From: Octopus sinensis
Taxonomy: Eukaryota
Assembly: GCF_006345805.1 (NCBI RefSeq)
Contig: NC_043000.1
Location: 71,052,001-71,116,000, forward strand
Direction: 5' to 3'
Length of the DNA: 64,000 nt
In this document: positions 37,268 to 50,974 of the stretch, piece after piece
Position numbering within the stretch: the stretch's first letter is position 1
Layout of the letters: each line of letters begins with the position of its first letter
Position numbers and translations under genes: made by a program
The notes under the pieces: generated by a model
What the model saw: the letters and a program-made list of their open reading frames with translations, nothing else
Databases searched by the model: none
What the model was told of the DNA's origin: nothing

Positions 37268-39734
37268 GTAAGCTGATGCTATATTTTTAAGTTTTCACTA
37301 CTGTCTATATCGAAACTACTATATCATTCCTACTTTGCTATTACTATTAAAAACAAATTATTCCTGTATGTCAGTCAATTTTGCCCTTAGGCTTAAAATA
37401 CCTCAACTGATAGATTGCACATGGTTTTTATTTGTAAAACGTGTGTGAATGATGTTTTGATTTGACAGTAGGGTCCTGGATAGAAAAGAACTAATGATTA
37501 TTAATCTGGCTATTGGAAATATAAATAGAATATATTTATGAATAAGAGTTATGTCCATGTTTAGCGAATAGAGAGATAACCTACCCGTGTATATTTTGAA
37601 TGTTACATGTATTTTAAATTAAATAAACTGACTACATTTAGTAGGTAGGTACCACTCAGCATTGTTGCCATAAAGTCACACGACTACTAGTAAATCAGCT
37701 GTCAATAATTTGATTTTAATATCTAAATTTTTAAGTATTTCTTTGCTAAATTATTTTGAAATTGAGTTATTGCAGTGTGTTTTTTTTTATATATTTAATT
37801 GACATATGTCACCTTTCTCGAGCCTGTTGATTACATATTCATTACATTTAAAATTGAAAAGGAAAGAAAAAGATTCTCGTTAAAACTAAGTTCTTAGATT
37901 GAATCTGGAGCAAGTAGGTGTGAAAGATAACTTAATACTTACACAAGTACTTATATTATAGGTTCGCTACAGAAAATTACGTTCATTCTATTTTCGTCAG
38001 TGGCATTACTTAAGAATTACTGTTGTCTCAAGACAAACCTAACTTTTAAGATGGCTGCAGACTTTTAAGGTTTTCTTATTAACTTTTCTCCGAGATTGAA
38101 TGATTTTACTTTTGCTTTTTACAGTAGTGTGTCTCCATAAGCATTGTAAATAATTGAACGTATTCATGTGGATACCTACAATATGATTTAGAATTGGCGA
38201 ATAAATAATGCATCTATTATTGACAAAATTATGAGAAAAAAATACGATTTAATTTCTATGAATTTAGCTTTTTTCAACCTATCTAATTATATTTTGGTTG
38301 ATATGATCAGTCTAGAAAACGAACACGGTTATATTTTGTTAATGTATTCTCATATTCAAAGAATTTATGTAAATTTCATTGCCGAAGATGATATATCAAT
38401 GTGTGCGAAAATCACTCATTTCGTAAATGATTAAAGAAAAATCTACAAATAAAATCTGTGAATTATAATTATCGTTGGTTTAATGCAGGTTTGTTATATT
38501 TTTTAGGAGGGTAAAATATGTTGAAGTTTTTTTTTTTTTCCTTTAGTTCAATTTTTTAAAGAAAAGACAAATTATCGCTAGAATACTTGATTCTATTTAC
38601 TGTGATTGGGGAACAGGTGAATTGTGTATTTTTATATCTTACTCTGATGTTTTGACTTTTGAGTTATCGAGAACATTTCTCATTTTACTGTGAAGACTAT
38701 ATTTTGCTCTATTATCTTGTCTTTTAATTTATATATTAATAAAAATATTTCCTTTCGCATTCACGGTAGCAACTCTCAGACAACGAAAATGACAAATCCA
38801 TAACATCGTTTTGGGTTGCTAGTTAGCATATATATATCTCGAAGCTATAGTGTATTAAGATTTTTCATTCTTTGAAGTAAATGTAAAAAGCTTCTGGTTG
38901 TAAACTTTATAACATTGCCCTTCACCCCCACCCTACATACATATACATGCATACGTACATACACATGCATATTCACCTAAATGTATGCATATACATATAT
39001 ACACAAACATACATAGGTGCATGTGCGTTTGTGTGTAAACACATTCCTTCTATGCTACTGATTTGTGGTAAAGAGTGGGCGAGTTTCCTGACTAGCAGTT
39101 TCGTATTTGCTGACTGTTCTTCAGAGATGTATCCCAGTACCTTCCACAGACGGTAACACAAACATTGAACTTCTATATAAAGTATCATAAGTTAGACTGG
39201 CACTGTGGTGGATAGCCTAAGTTTCATATTTGTGCACTTGATGGCTTGTCTTTTATACACAACACATGTATTAGAAGAAATGAAATAAATTACATATTAC
39301 AAAGCTTTGTTGTGGATGAATTAAGAATGTAAATACACTATCTCTATGCTATTGATCTGAGGGGAAAAATTAATGGGGAGAGTCACTGGGTTGACTGTTT
39401 CAGTTTGGTTTCTAGATTGTTGGTCCTCAGAGTAGCCATACCCCAATCAATAGAGCAATCAGCTGAATTACATTTATTTGGCATGTGATTTGATTGGAAA
39501 GGGTTTTGTTAATACTGAAATAGTTGCACACATTCTTATATGTATATATATATATATAATCAAATATGTGTGTGTAGGCATGTCTGTGTAGTTGTGAAGT
39601 TCGGTTTGTGAACATATGGTTTCAGTTTGCCACCTTGAGAAAGTATCAAACACTATAGACTTGGGTCAACCAAAGCCTTGTGAGTAGATTTGGTAAACAG
39701 AAACTGAAAGAATGCCATCACACACACATATGTA

Positions 39735-39768
<34 letters not shown>

Positions 39769-39927
39769 ATCATTTAATAGTCATTGTCCATGCTGGCATG
39801 GGTTGATCAGTTTGACCCAAGCTGGAGAGCTGCACCAGGCTCCAGTCTGATTTGGCATGGTTTCTACAACTGGATTCCCTTCCTAACACCAACCCAATGG
39901 TCATGTTTTTGTTGCTCAATATATATA

Positions 39928-40573
39928 CGAGGAGAAGTCAAAAATTATCTGCACTTTCGCCATAACATATCTTTATTATTGTCACACTGCCTTCTGTGCA
40001 TGTATGCTTGTAGTTAGTGCTATTGTGATTGAAGTTTGAGCCTGATTGCACCATTTTCCTTTCTGGCTTTACAGTGTAAGCATGGCTGCTCCAGTAGCAA
40101 TGTGCACCAAAGAACAACAAAGAGTAGTGATCTGATTTCTCTGGTTGGAAGATGTATCAGGTGCTGAAATTCATCAGAGGCTTTTAGCACAATATAGGGA
40201 CAGTGCACTACCGTGTAGAAGTGTGTATGAGTGGATCAAGAAGTTTAAATGTAGCTGGACAAGTGTGACACACAAAGAGGGAGCAGGACGTCCATTAACC
40301 TCCACTACTGACAAGAAGATTTAGCAAGCTCGAGAGATGGTAATGGTGAACCAGTTCACCATTACCATCTCTCAGATCACTGCTCTTTGTACTTTGGTGT
40401 GCATTGCTAGTGGAGTGGCCATGCTTACACTGTAAAACTAGAAAGAAAAATGTTGTGATCAAGCTCAAACTTCAATCATGTGACCACAATAATACTAACT
40501 ATAAGCACACATATGCAGAAGGCAGCGTAACAATAATGTGACGAAAGTGTGGATAATTTTTGACTTCCTCTCA
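39928..40573. mobile_element. Mariner-derived foldback MITE with ~205-bp TIRs and a transposase N-terminal fragment
   Basis: TA flanks; TIR CGAGGAGAAGTCAAAAATTATC; internal EIHQRLLAQY...RSVYEWIKKFK...GAGRP. 39928-40135 is inverted relative to 40372-40573. Confidence 0.9.
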
Positions 40574-40752
40574 TATACATAAATTTAATGCACAATATAT
40601 GGATTTATATAATACTGTGTTAATCACAAAAATAGCTCCTTTAATGAACCAGGCTACAAACCATTTAGTAAACCAATACATAAAAATGTAATGTATAGTC
40701 CTATGCAGTTGAAATCCAGTAAATCCAATCAGGGGAAATTATTTCATGATTA

Positions 40753-42138
40753 TCTGTATATATATAAAAGGCATGATGTGTGTGTGTACGTGAATGTAAA
40801 TTATGCACGTCCACAAATTAGCACGCATGTCGCTCAAATTTTAGGAGGACATTTGTCACGATCCTAGCTGTATTTTCGTCAAATTATTTTCCCCTGAGGC
40901 AGCAGCGAATAATGGTAAAAATAATTTTGAGCCATAACTTTTAAACATTTTTCAAGTCGGTGAAATACGCCATTTGCAAATATGAGTTAAGTCCCCTTCT
41001 AGTGATGGTGTAAAGAGAGAGAGTGTGCGGATTTCTAAAATTTCGTTCTTTTAATGAGTGGTTGAGAGGCAAAAGCAGTCAGATAGGGGTTGTTATGTAT
41101 GTGTGAATGGCTTCAGTTACACACACGAACATGTATGCAATGTGTGTGTGTGTGTGTTGCCCGAGACACGCTCCTTCGCAAACGATCAGCTATTATTTTG
41201 TAAACAATGTTTCGAAAATAGGTGTATGTACGTATATGTTTGTGTGTGTTGCCTGAGATGCTCCTTCACAAATGATCAGCTATTATTTTGTAAACAATGT
41301 TTCGAAACTTGCATTTTGTAAACAATGTTTCGAAAATAGGTGTATGTACCTATATGTTTGTGTGTGTGTGAGTGTTGCCCTTATATATATATATACTTAG
41401 TTGTGATCTGAACATAACCGCTTCTCACACAGAGGATCAGGGGCCCTTTTGGGTGTTCTATTTTCTTTGCTGGAAGGGTTCCCAACCCATGGGCAAAGAG
41501 AGTTTACATGATGGGGGTGGTGTTTTCAAAAGGGTTGGCATATGCAACCTGATCACCTCTGCCGATCAAACTCCCAACCCATGCGCTCCCGTCGCGACAC
41601 TGATTCTGCAGAACTGGGTTGGGTATGAAAACCAACTTTAAAGTATATTTATATTGATGTTTTTGAATCAGCAATGTTGTGTTTGGTTAATTCCTATTTG
41701 GAGTGAAAAATCAATAAACTGATTCCTTATGGGGTTTTCTATTTAATCAGGATTAAAAAAAAAAACGACAAACCGATTCCTTATAGGACTTCCCACTAAA
41801 ATTGGCTACACCCCATTCTCAACCATAACCTTTACCAATTTTGATGTATTTTGTTGAAACTTGATGCCAGCATTACTTAGGACTCATGGGATCTTTGACT
41901 GCTTTAAGTTCTCCAAAAACGAAAAAAAAATCGATGAGTGGAAAAAATCGATAAACCGATTCCTTATGGGATCTCCCAATCAAACTGTCAGCAACTCATT
42001 TTCAGCCAATAGTTTACCAATTTCAACGGATTTCGCTCAAATTTGACGTCAATGTTACTTAGTTTGGTTTGAAATAAAGAGCTTGATTAGCTTAATAATC
42101 CTAACTTAATCCCGAGCAAAGCTGGGCTATACTGCTAG
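40753..42138 (+). mobile_element. Non-autonomous Helitron (~1.4 kb)
   Basis: A|TC...TATATATAAAAG 5' end, subterminal hairpin CCCGAGCAAAGCTGGG at 42111-26 and CTAG|T 3' end; internal subrepeats. Confidence 0.8.
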
Positions 42139-42393
42139 TATAAAATATGAAGGAAGTCAGGAGGTATGAGATGAATATATTTATTTCATCAGTTGATATC
42201 CATAAGATGATGATCGTTTTGCAGCCAATATCGTGGGAAAATGATGTTATTTTAGTGTATAATAAATTATTTTACATGTCTACATTTTATGAATTGCATA
42301 TACTATTGTACATTTTACAGTATTTATCCATTATACTGGAGTTGGAAAAATGGGATGTAGCCTTCTATACCTGCATTTGCCTTTTTATATTCA

Positions 42394-42394
<1 letters not shown>

Positions 42395-42442
<48 letters not shown>

Positions 42443-42543
42443 GTACGTTTAAATATTTGTTGTGCAAGATTTTATTGGCTAAACTGGCAATATGACCATT
42501 CCGAAATATAACGATATATTTATATATATATATATTATTTATA

Positions 42544-42610
<67 letters not shown>

Positions 42611-42613
42611 ATT

Positions 42614-42648
<35 letters not shown>

Positions 42649-42745
42649 ATTTATATATATATATATTATATATATATATATATTTATATATATAATATTT
42701 ATATATATAATATATATTATATATATATATTTATATATATATATT

Positions 42746-42776
<31 letters not shown>

Positions 42777-42868
42777 ATTTATATATATATTTATATATAT
42801 ATATATATATTATATAATATATATATATATTTATATATATATTTATATATATATATATATATATAAAT

Positions 42869-42899
<31 letters not shown>

Positions 42900-42900
42900 A
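42395..42900. repeat. (TA)n-derived low-complexity tracts
   Basis: Directly visible. Confidence 0.95.
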
Positions 42901-43417
42901 AAACATCGCCATTCCAGCCCGTTTCTCTAAAGTTCAACCTTCGCATATTCCCTTTAATTCGATCTCCACCATTCACTATCATTTCTTCCCCTGACTTGCA
43001 GCGATGTCCATGAGCAGGCTAAGATTTCTCCCTTCTATTTCATACATACATACATCTGTCTACCGTTTAAATGTTTTGAACTTATAACCACCAATCTGCT
43101 TTGCTTTCCTTTTCTTTCTACATGCCACCCTAAAAACATCGCCATTCCCGCCCGTTTCTCTAAAGTTCAACCTTCGCATATTCCCTTAATTCGATCTCCA
43201 CCATTCACTATCATTTCTTCCCCTGACTTGCAGCGATGTCCATGAGCAGGCTAAGATTTCTCCCTTCTTTTTCATACATACATACATTTGTCTACCGTTT
43301 AAATGTTTTGAACTTATAACCACCAATCTGCTTTGCTTTCCTTTTCTTTCTACATGCCACCCTAAAAACATCGCCATTCCCGCCCGTTTCTCTAAAGTTC
43401 AACCTTCGCATATTCCC
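42897..43417. repeat. Near-perfect tandem repeat, ~232-bp unit, 2.2 copies
   Basis: AAACATCGCCATTCC starts at 42901, 43134 and 43366. Confidence 0.95.
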
Positions 43418-43669
43418 AGTGCACCCGCCCTTGCCCACCCCCACCACCAATACCGGATATCTCTATATTTTTGTTCCATCTATACCGGATGTCGCTTCTC
43501 CCACCACCATTATAGGTGTCTACTCTTCAAACCCCCCTCTTCAACACGCTATTTCACCATGCATTACCCCTCTCTTGATATCCTACGTTCTACTTGCCTA
43601 GAACCTGTCATCATTTCTCTGAACCACCCCTCCCCACCGGTGCTCCCCTATATATTTCTATACCCCCCC

Positions 43670-43907
43670 CCCCACATAAAAAGCACCATCCGAACGTGGC
43701 CGATGCCAGACCCCTCTGGCACTTGTGCAGGTGGCACGTAAAAAACACCCACTACACTCGCGGAGTGGTTGGCGTTAGGAAGGGCATCCAGCTGTAGAAA
43801 CACTGCCAGACTAGACTGGAGCCTGGGGCAGTCCCGAGCTCCCCAGACCCCGGTCGAAACCGTTCAACCCGTGCTAGCGCGGAAAACGGACATTAAACGA
43901 TGATGAT
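43670..43907 (+). mobile_element. Young RTE 3' tail fragment ending in (GAT)n
   Basis: CCCACTACACTCGCGGAGTGGTTGGCGTTAGGAAGGGCATCCAGCTGTAG block with CpGs intact. Confidence 0.88.
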
Positions 43908-44010
43908 ATATATATATATTAATATATATATATTTATATATATATATATTTATATATATATATATATATATATATAGTATATATATATATATATATATAA
44001 TATATTTATT

Positions 44011-44043
<33 letters not shown>

Positions 44044-44243
44044 ATTTATATATATATATATATATATATAGATATATATTATATATATATATATATATGT
44101 TTAATATATATAAAATATATTATATATATATGTTATATATATATATAAATATATATATATATAGTTTATATATATATAATATATATATATGTTTATATAT
44201 ATAAATATATATATATGTTTATATATATATAACTATATATATA

Positions 44244-44473
44244 TTTGTTTTGTTTTGTTTTTGTTTTTCCAGTTTCAGCTCTTGAGCTGTGGCCATGCTG
44301 GGGCACCGCCATTGTGGTGAAAGAGTACAGCAGGGATCACCACCCCCTGCCGGAGCCTCGTAGAGCTTTTAGGTGTTTTCACTCAATAAACACACACAAC
44401 GCCCGGTCTGAGAATCGAAACCGCGATCCTGCGACCGCGAGTCCGCTGCCCTAACCACTAGGCCATTGCGCCT
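44244..44473 (-). mobile_element. Young short tRNA-derived SINE (family D)
   Basis: Reverse complement: GGCGCAATGGCCTAGTGGTTAGGGCAGCGGACTCGCGG...GGTTTCGATTC (A and B boxes), with an (AAAAC)n tail. Confidence 0.88.
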
Positions 44474-44875
44474 TTATATGTTTATATATATATAAATATT
44501 TATATATATGTTTATATATATAAATATTTATATATATATGTTTTATATAGATATAAATATTTTATATAATATGTTTATATATATAGAATATATATATATA
44601 TAGTTTATATATATATATAAATAATTTATATATATATGTTTAGATATATATAAATATATATATATGTTTATATATATATAAATATTTATATATATGGGGT
44701 ATATATATATAAATATATATATGTTTATATATATATAAAGATTTATATATATATATATATATAAATATTTTATATAATATGTTTATATATATATAAATAT
44801 TTATATATATATTTTATATATATATAATATTTATATATATGTTTATATATATATAAATATTTATATATATATAAT

Positions 44876-44907
<32 letters not shown>

Positions 44908-45169
44908 ATATTATATAGATATATATATAAATATTTATATATATATATATATATTAAATATTTATATATATATATATATATAAATATTTATATATATATA
45001 TATAATATATAAATATTTATATATATATGTTTATATATATATAAATATTATATATATATGTATATAATATATATAATATTTATATATATATGTTTATATA
45101 TATAAATATTTATATATATATGTATATATATATATAAATATTTATATATATATATTTATATATAATAAA

Positions 45170-45207
<38 letters not shown>

Positions 45208-45770
45208 TTATATATATATAATATAATATTTATATATATATATATATAATAAATATTTATATATTATATAATATATATATAAATATTTATATATAGATGT
45301 TTATATATATATATATATATTATATATATATAAATATTTATATATATATTAATATTTATATATATATGTTTATTATATATATATTTATATATATATGCTT
45401 ATATATATATAAATATATATATATATATTATAAATATATATTATATATATATAAATATATATATATGTTTATATATATAATATATATATATATATGTTTA
45501 ATATATATATAAATATATATGTTATATATATATAAATATATATATATGTTTATTATATATAATAAATATTTAATATATATGTTTATATATATATAAATAT
45601 TTATATATAGATATATATAAATATTTATATATATATATATATATAAATATTTATATATATATATATATAAATATTTATATATATGTTTATATATATAAAT
45701 ATTTATATATATATGTTTATATATATATAAATATTATATATATGTTTATATATATATAACTATATATATA

Positions 45771-45998
45771 TTTGTTTTGTTTTGTTTTGTTTTTCCAGTT
45801 TCAGCTCTTGAGCTGTGGCCATGCTGGGGCACCGCCATTGTGGTGAAAGAGTACAGCAGGGATCACCACCCCCTGCCGGAGCCTCGTAGAGCTTTTAGGT
45901 GTTTTCACTCAATAAACACACACAACGCCGGTCTGAGAATCGAAACCGCGATCCTGCGACCGCGAGTCCGCTGCCCTAACCACTAGGCCATTGCGCCT
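45771..45998 (-). mobile_element. Duplicate of the 44244 SINE with identical flanks
   Basis: Differs only by a homopolymer indel and tail length. Confidence 0.88.
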
Positions 45999-46815
45999 TT
46001 ATATGTTTATATATATATAAATATTTATATATATATGTTTATAGATATATAAATATTTAATATATATGTTTATATATATATATAGAAATATTTATATATA
46101 TGTTTATTATATATATAAATATATATATATATATATGGTTTATATATATATAAATATATATATATATATAGATAGATATATATATAAAGATTTATATATA
46201 TATGTTTAATATATATAAATATTTATATATAGATGTTATATATATATATAAATATATATATGTTGATATATATATAAATATATAATATATATGTTTATAT
46301 ATATATAAATATATATATATATGGTTTATATATATAAATATTTATATATAGATATATATTATATATATATAAAATTTATATATATATAATAATATATATA
46401 TAAATATTATATATTATATATATATATATATAAATATTATATATATAGATATATATAAATATTATATATATATGTTATATATATATAAATATTTATATTA
46501 TATGTTTATATATATATAAATATGTATATATATATGTTATATATAATAAATATTATATATATTATATAATATATATATATATATATATAATATTTATATA
46601 TATATGTTTATATATATATAAATTTTATATATATATAGATATATATATAAATATTTATATATATTGTTTATATATATATATATATAATATATATATATAT
46701 AATATTTATATATATATGTTTATATATATATAAATATTTATATATATATAAATATTTATATATATATGTTTATATTATATATAAATATTTATATATATGC
46801 TTATATATATATAAA

Positions 46816-46856
<41 letters not shown>

Positions 46857-47154
46857 TATATGTTTATATATATATAAATATTTATATATATATATATATA
46901 TAAATATATAATATATGTTTAATATATATAAATATTTATATATATATATATATAATATATATATATGTTATATATATATAAATATTTTATATAATATGTT
47001 TATATATATATAATATTATATATATATATATATGTTTATATATATAAATATTTATATATATAATTATTTATATATATATATATATGTTTTATATACATAT
47101 ATATATATAAATATATATATATATTTATATATATATATTTATATTATATATAAT

Positions 47155-49198
47155 AAACCAAAGTCCTAATAAGTAGGAAGGTGGACCAATCACAAACGAC
47201 TTCAGGTAGATGGCCCTGCTCGATCTGTAAAAAAGGTGTAGGTAGAAACTCTACAAGGTGCACCAAGTGTAAGCTATGGACACATAAGAGGTGCAGCAAT
47301 GTCAAAGGAAGGCTAACTAGGAAAATAGTTTTTGTCTGTGGCAGATGCTCAGGAGCAATAAACACTGGAAATGTGCAGAGACCAACTTCTACCACGTTCC
47401 AGGGAGACAAACTAGAAGTAGTTGATAGCTTCCGCTACCTAGGAGACCAAGTCAGTAGCGGGGGTGGGTGTGCTGAAAGTGTAACTGCTAGAGTAAGAAT
47501 AGCCTGGGCAAAGTTTAGAGAGCTCTTACCCCTGCTGGTGACAAAAGGCCTCTCGCTCAGAGTAAAAGGCAGACTGTATGATGCATGTGTACGTACAGCC
47601 ATGCTACATGGTAGTGAAACATGGGCCGTGACTGCTGAAGATATGCGGAAGCTCGCAAGAAATGAAGCCAGTATGCTCCGATGGATGTGTAATGTCAGTG
47701 TTCATAATCATCAGAGTGTAAGTACCTTGAGAGAAAAGTTGAACCTAAGAAGCGTCAGTTGTGGTGTGCAAGAGAGACGTTTGCGCTGGTATGGTCATGT
47801 GACAAGAATGGCTGAAGATAGTTGTGTGCAAAAGTGCTACACCCTAGCAGTTGAGGGAACCTGTGGAAGAGGTAGACCCAGGAAAACCTGGGACGAGGTG
47901 GTGAAGCACGACCTTCGAACTTTAGGTCTCACCAAGGAAATGACTAGAGACCAAGACCTATGGAAGTATGCTGTGAGTGAGAAGACCCGGCAAGACTAGT
48001 CAGGACATAACTCGTGGCCCCTACCTGGGACGTAGTCAGTCCACCTGTGCATACCTTCCTTCTTGTGACACTTGTGAAGACCAGTTGAGGCAAGTGAAAA
48101 TCAAAACAAATCAAAATAGATGAACATCAATGGAATTTGTATCTTTGTGGTACCAGTACCGGTGGCACACAAGATAACCATTCGAACGTGGCTGTAGCCA
48201 GTACCACATCGACTGGCCTCCGTGCTGTGGGCACATAACAAACACCATCTGATCGTGGCCGTTCGCCAGCCTCATCTGGCACCTGTGTCGGTGGCACATA
48301 AAACACCATCCGAAGACCCGGCAAGAACTAGTCAGGCCATAACCCGTGGCCCCTACCTGGGACGTAGTCAGTCCACCTGTGCATACCTTCCTTCTTGTGA
48401 CACTTGTGAAAATCAAAATCAAAACAAATCAAAATAGATGAACATCAATGGAATTTGTATCCTTGTGGTACCAGTGCCGGTGGCACACAAGAAAACCATC
48501 CGAACGTGGCCGTAGCCAGTACCGCATCGACTGGCCTCCGTGCTGTGGGCACGTAACAAACACCATCCGATCGTGGCCGTTCGCCAGCCTCATCTGGCAC
48601 CTGTGTCGGTGGCACATAAAAACACCATCCGAAGACCCGGCAAGACTAGTCAGGCCATAACCCGTGACCCCTACCTGGGACGTAGTCAGTCCACCTGTGC
48701 ATACCTTCCTTCCTTGTTGTGACACTTGTGAAGACCTGTTGAGGCAAGTGAAAATCAAATCAAATCAAATCAAAACAAATCAAAATAGATGAACATCAAT
48801 GGAATTTGTATCTTTGTGGTACCAGTGCCGGTGGCACACAAGAAAACCATCCGAACGTGGCCGTAGCCAGTACCGCATCAACTGGCCTCCTTGCTGTGGG
48901 CACGTAACAAACACCATCCGATTGTGGCCGTTCGCCAGCCTCATCTGGCACCTGTGTCGGTGGCACATAAAAACACCATCCGAGCGTGGCCGTCTGCCAG
49001 CCTCATCTGGCACCTGTGTCGGTGACACATAAAATCACCCACTACACTCTCGGAGTGGTTGGCGTTAAGAAGGGCATCCAGCTGTAGAAACACTGCCAGA
49101 TCTGACTGGCCTGGTGCAGCCTTCGGGCTCCCCAGACTCCAGTTGAACCGTCCAACCCATGCTAGCATGGAAAGCGGACGTTAAATGATGATGATGAT
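47155..49198 (+). mobile_element. Young 5'-truncated RTE LINE with a triplicated ORF-end/3' UTR block and a (GAT)n tail
   Basis: Uninterrupted 272-aa ORF 47181-47999 (CSICKKGVGRNS...FRYLGDQ...LHGSETW...RLRWYGHV...GRPRKTW); GAAGACCCGGCAAGA recurs at 47981, 48312 and 48631. Confidence 0.95.
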
Positions 49199-49300
49199 AT
49201 ATATATGGGACAGAAACAGTATTAATACCAAAAGCAATCTTTCTATCCACCTTAGCATATATGCTTTGTTAGAATACTGTGATATATATACATATCTCTA

Positions 49301-49966
49301 TCTTTATATATATAAAACTGAGAATGTGTGTCTGTTTGTCTGTTTCCCTAAAACTTGAGAACTAGACAACCAATTTCATTCAAATTTTACATATGCCTTA
49401 CTTAGGGTCCAGGGAGTGTCATCGGCAAAAAAATGTTCAACTTTTTGCCTAGGGCAGCAATATCATATCTTCTCCACTATTTCAGTATTACGTGTTAAAA
49501 GATGCTTTCACTTTAACAATAAAAATAATAATAACAATTGAATTATATGTAGTAAGTAATAATTAAAATCAAACTAAAGTATAATATAAGTAAAAATAGC
49601 AATTGCTATTAAATTGCATCAATGATTTGAACTTGAATAAGTGGTTTCACATGAATGGGAATTAAATTAAAAATAAAATTAGCGTGCAGAAATGGAATAG
49701 TCCAGATGGATAATAAAAAATTAAATTAAAGAAAAGACTATTGTCTATAAAGTATACAATGTAGAGAAAAAAGAAGAGCTAACAATTCCAGTCTGTTATA
49801 TATTTTGAGTATTGTTATCACTAGCGATATCAAGATATAACTTTGTATTTTGCATTTTATGTGTAGATGTATATATATAGATGTACATGTAATTTGTACA
49901 CATATATATACACATATATACATGCACTAGCACTATGACCCGGCAACAATGGGTCTTTAATGCTAG
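49301..49966 (+). mobile_element. Non-autonomous Helitron, 5'-type A
   Basis: A|TCTTTATATATATAAAACTGAGAATG start; CCCGGCAACAATGGG hairpin remnant and CTAG|T at 49963-66. Confidence 0.78.
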
Positions 49967-49968
49967 TA

Positions 49969-50970
49969 TCTCTTATTATAAAAGGCAGATTTTATCTGCC
50001 TCCCTTTGTCTCTTATAGAAATCTACAATATAGGATTTCTTCAATTACAATTTACCTAGCATTTATAAGAGTAGAATACATCAGGTCGTGCCAGGTCCAG
50101 TTTTTCAAATTTCAACCCCAATTAAGCAAAATTTAGAGAAAACTCACATTGTGATGTGTAAGTGAAGTGCTTTTCTTAGTGTGGGCTACAGCACACACAC
50201 ACAAACGGAGTGAACTGCTTCACTGATGCTATCACCCTAATTTCTCCTCCTTTCTCTTTGCAAGTGTGCAACGATTAAAATGAAAGTATTTATATAAAAC
50301 GAGAGAAGTGTACCTTAAACCACTACTAAAAAAAAAAACAACACAGCAAACAGAAACAAATAAATACATAACGATTTACTCCTCACACAATTTCTTCAAT
50401 TAGAGTTTACCTATGATTTTTCAAAGTACTTCCATTCGGTCATGGCATACAAAATTTCTTTCAATTTCACCCCCATTTCAGAAAAAATTCGAGAAAACTA
50501 AATATTTTACCATTTCACTCTGCATATTACTCCCACTTCCTCTTTACACACATAGACACGCAAATATATAAATAAAATTGTAAGCTAACGTGTGTGTGTG
50601 CGTGTGTGTGTGTGTGTGAGTGTGTGACAGGGATGAGCAAGTCAAACTGGTCATCCTTTTTGCTAGATCACCTAACATCTAAAGTTATCTCTAAGTAGCA
50701 GTCGCCCAAAAGTGTATATAGACACACACATGTATGTATAATGTGTGTGTATATATTTCCATAGAGGTAACCATTCACTCCATACAAAGTTATTTAGGAC
50801 GAATATAAGATCTAAAGTATATCCAAGTAGCAGAAAGATCGCCCAAAAGTGTATATAGATATTTAAATGTATTTATATATTCATCTATACACACATGTAT
50901 GTATAATGTGTGTGTATATATTTCCATAGAGGTAACCATTCACTCCGCACAAAGTTTTTTAGGATGGACG
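49969..50970 (+). mobile_element. Helitron-like segment, 5'-type B, with an internal ~130-bp tandem duplication
   Basis: A|TCTCTTATTATAAAAGGCAGATTTTATCTGCC start; an inverted homologue lies at 52600-52883. Confidence 0.65.
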
Positions 50971-50974
50971 AAAA

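Larger units (their letters stand above)
43908..47150. repeat. ~3.2-kb AT minisatellite (irregular ~28-30-nt unit ATATATGTTTATATATATATAAATATTT) containing two identical SINE copies
   Basis: Directly visible. Confidence 0.92.

Noticed and set aside
44400-44473. tRNA gene (also at 9575, 30940, 31691 and 53982)
   Set aside because: A and B boxes are present, but there is no complete acceptor stem/cloverleaf and each continues into SINE body and tail.
47981-49030. Regularly spaced repeats resembling a CRISPR array
   Set aside because: The 'spacers' are themselves repeated, the context is a eukaryotic LINE 3' UTR, and there are no cas genes.
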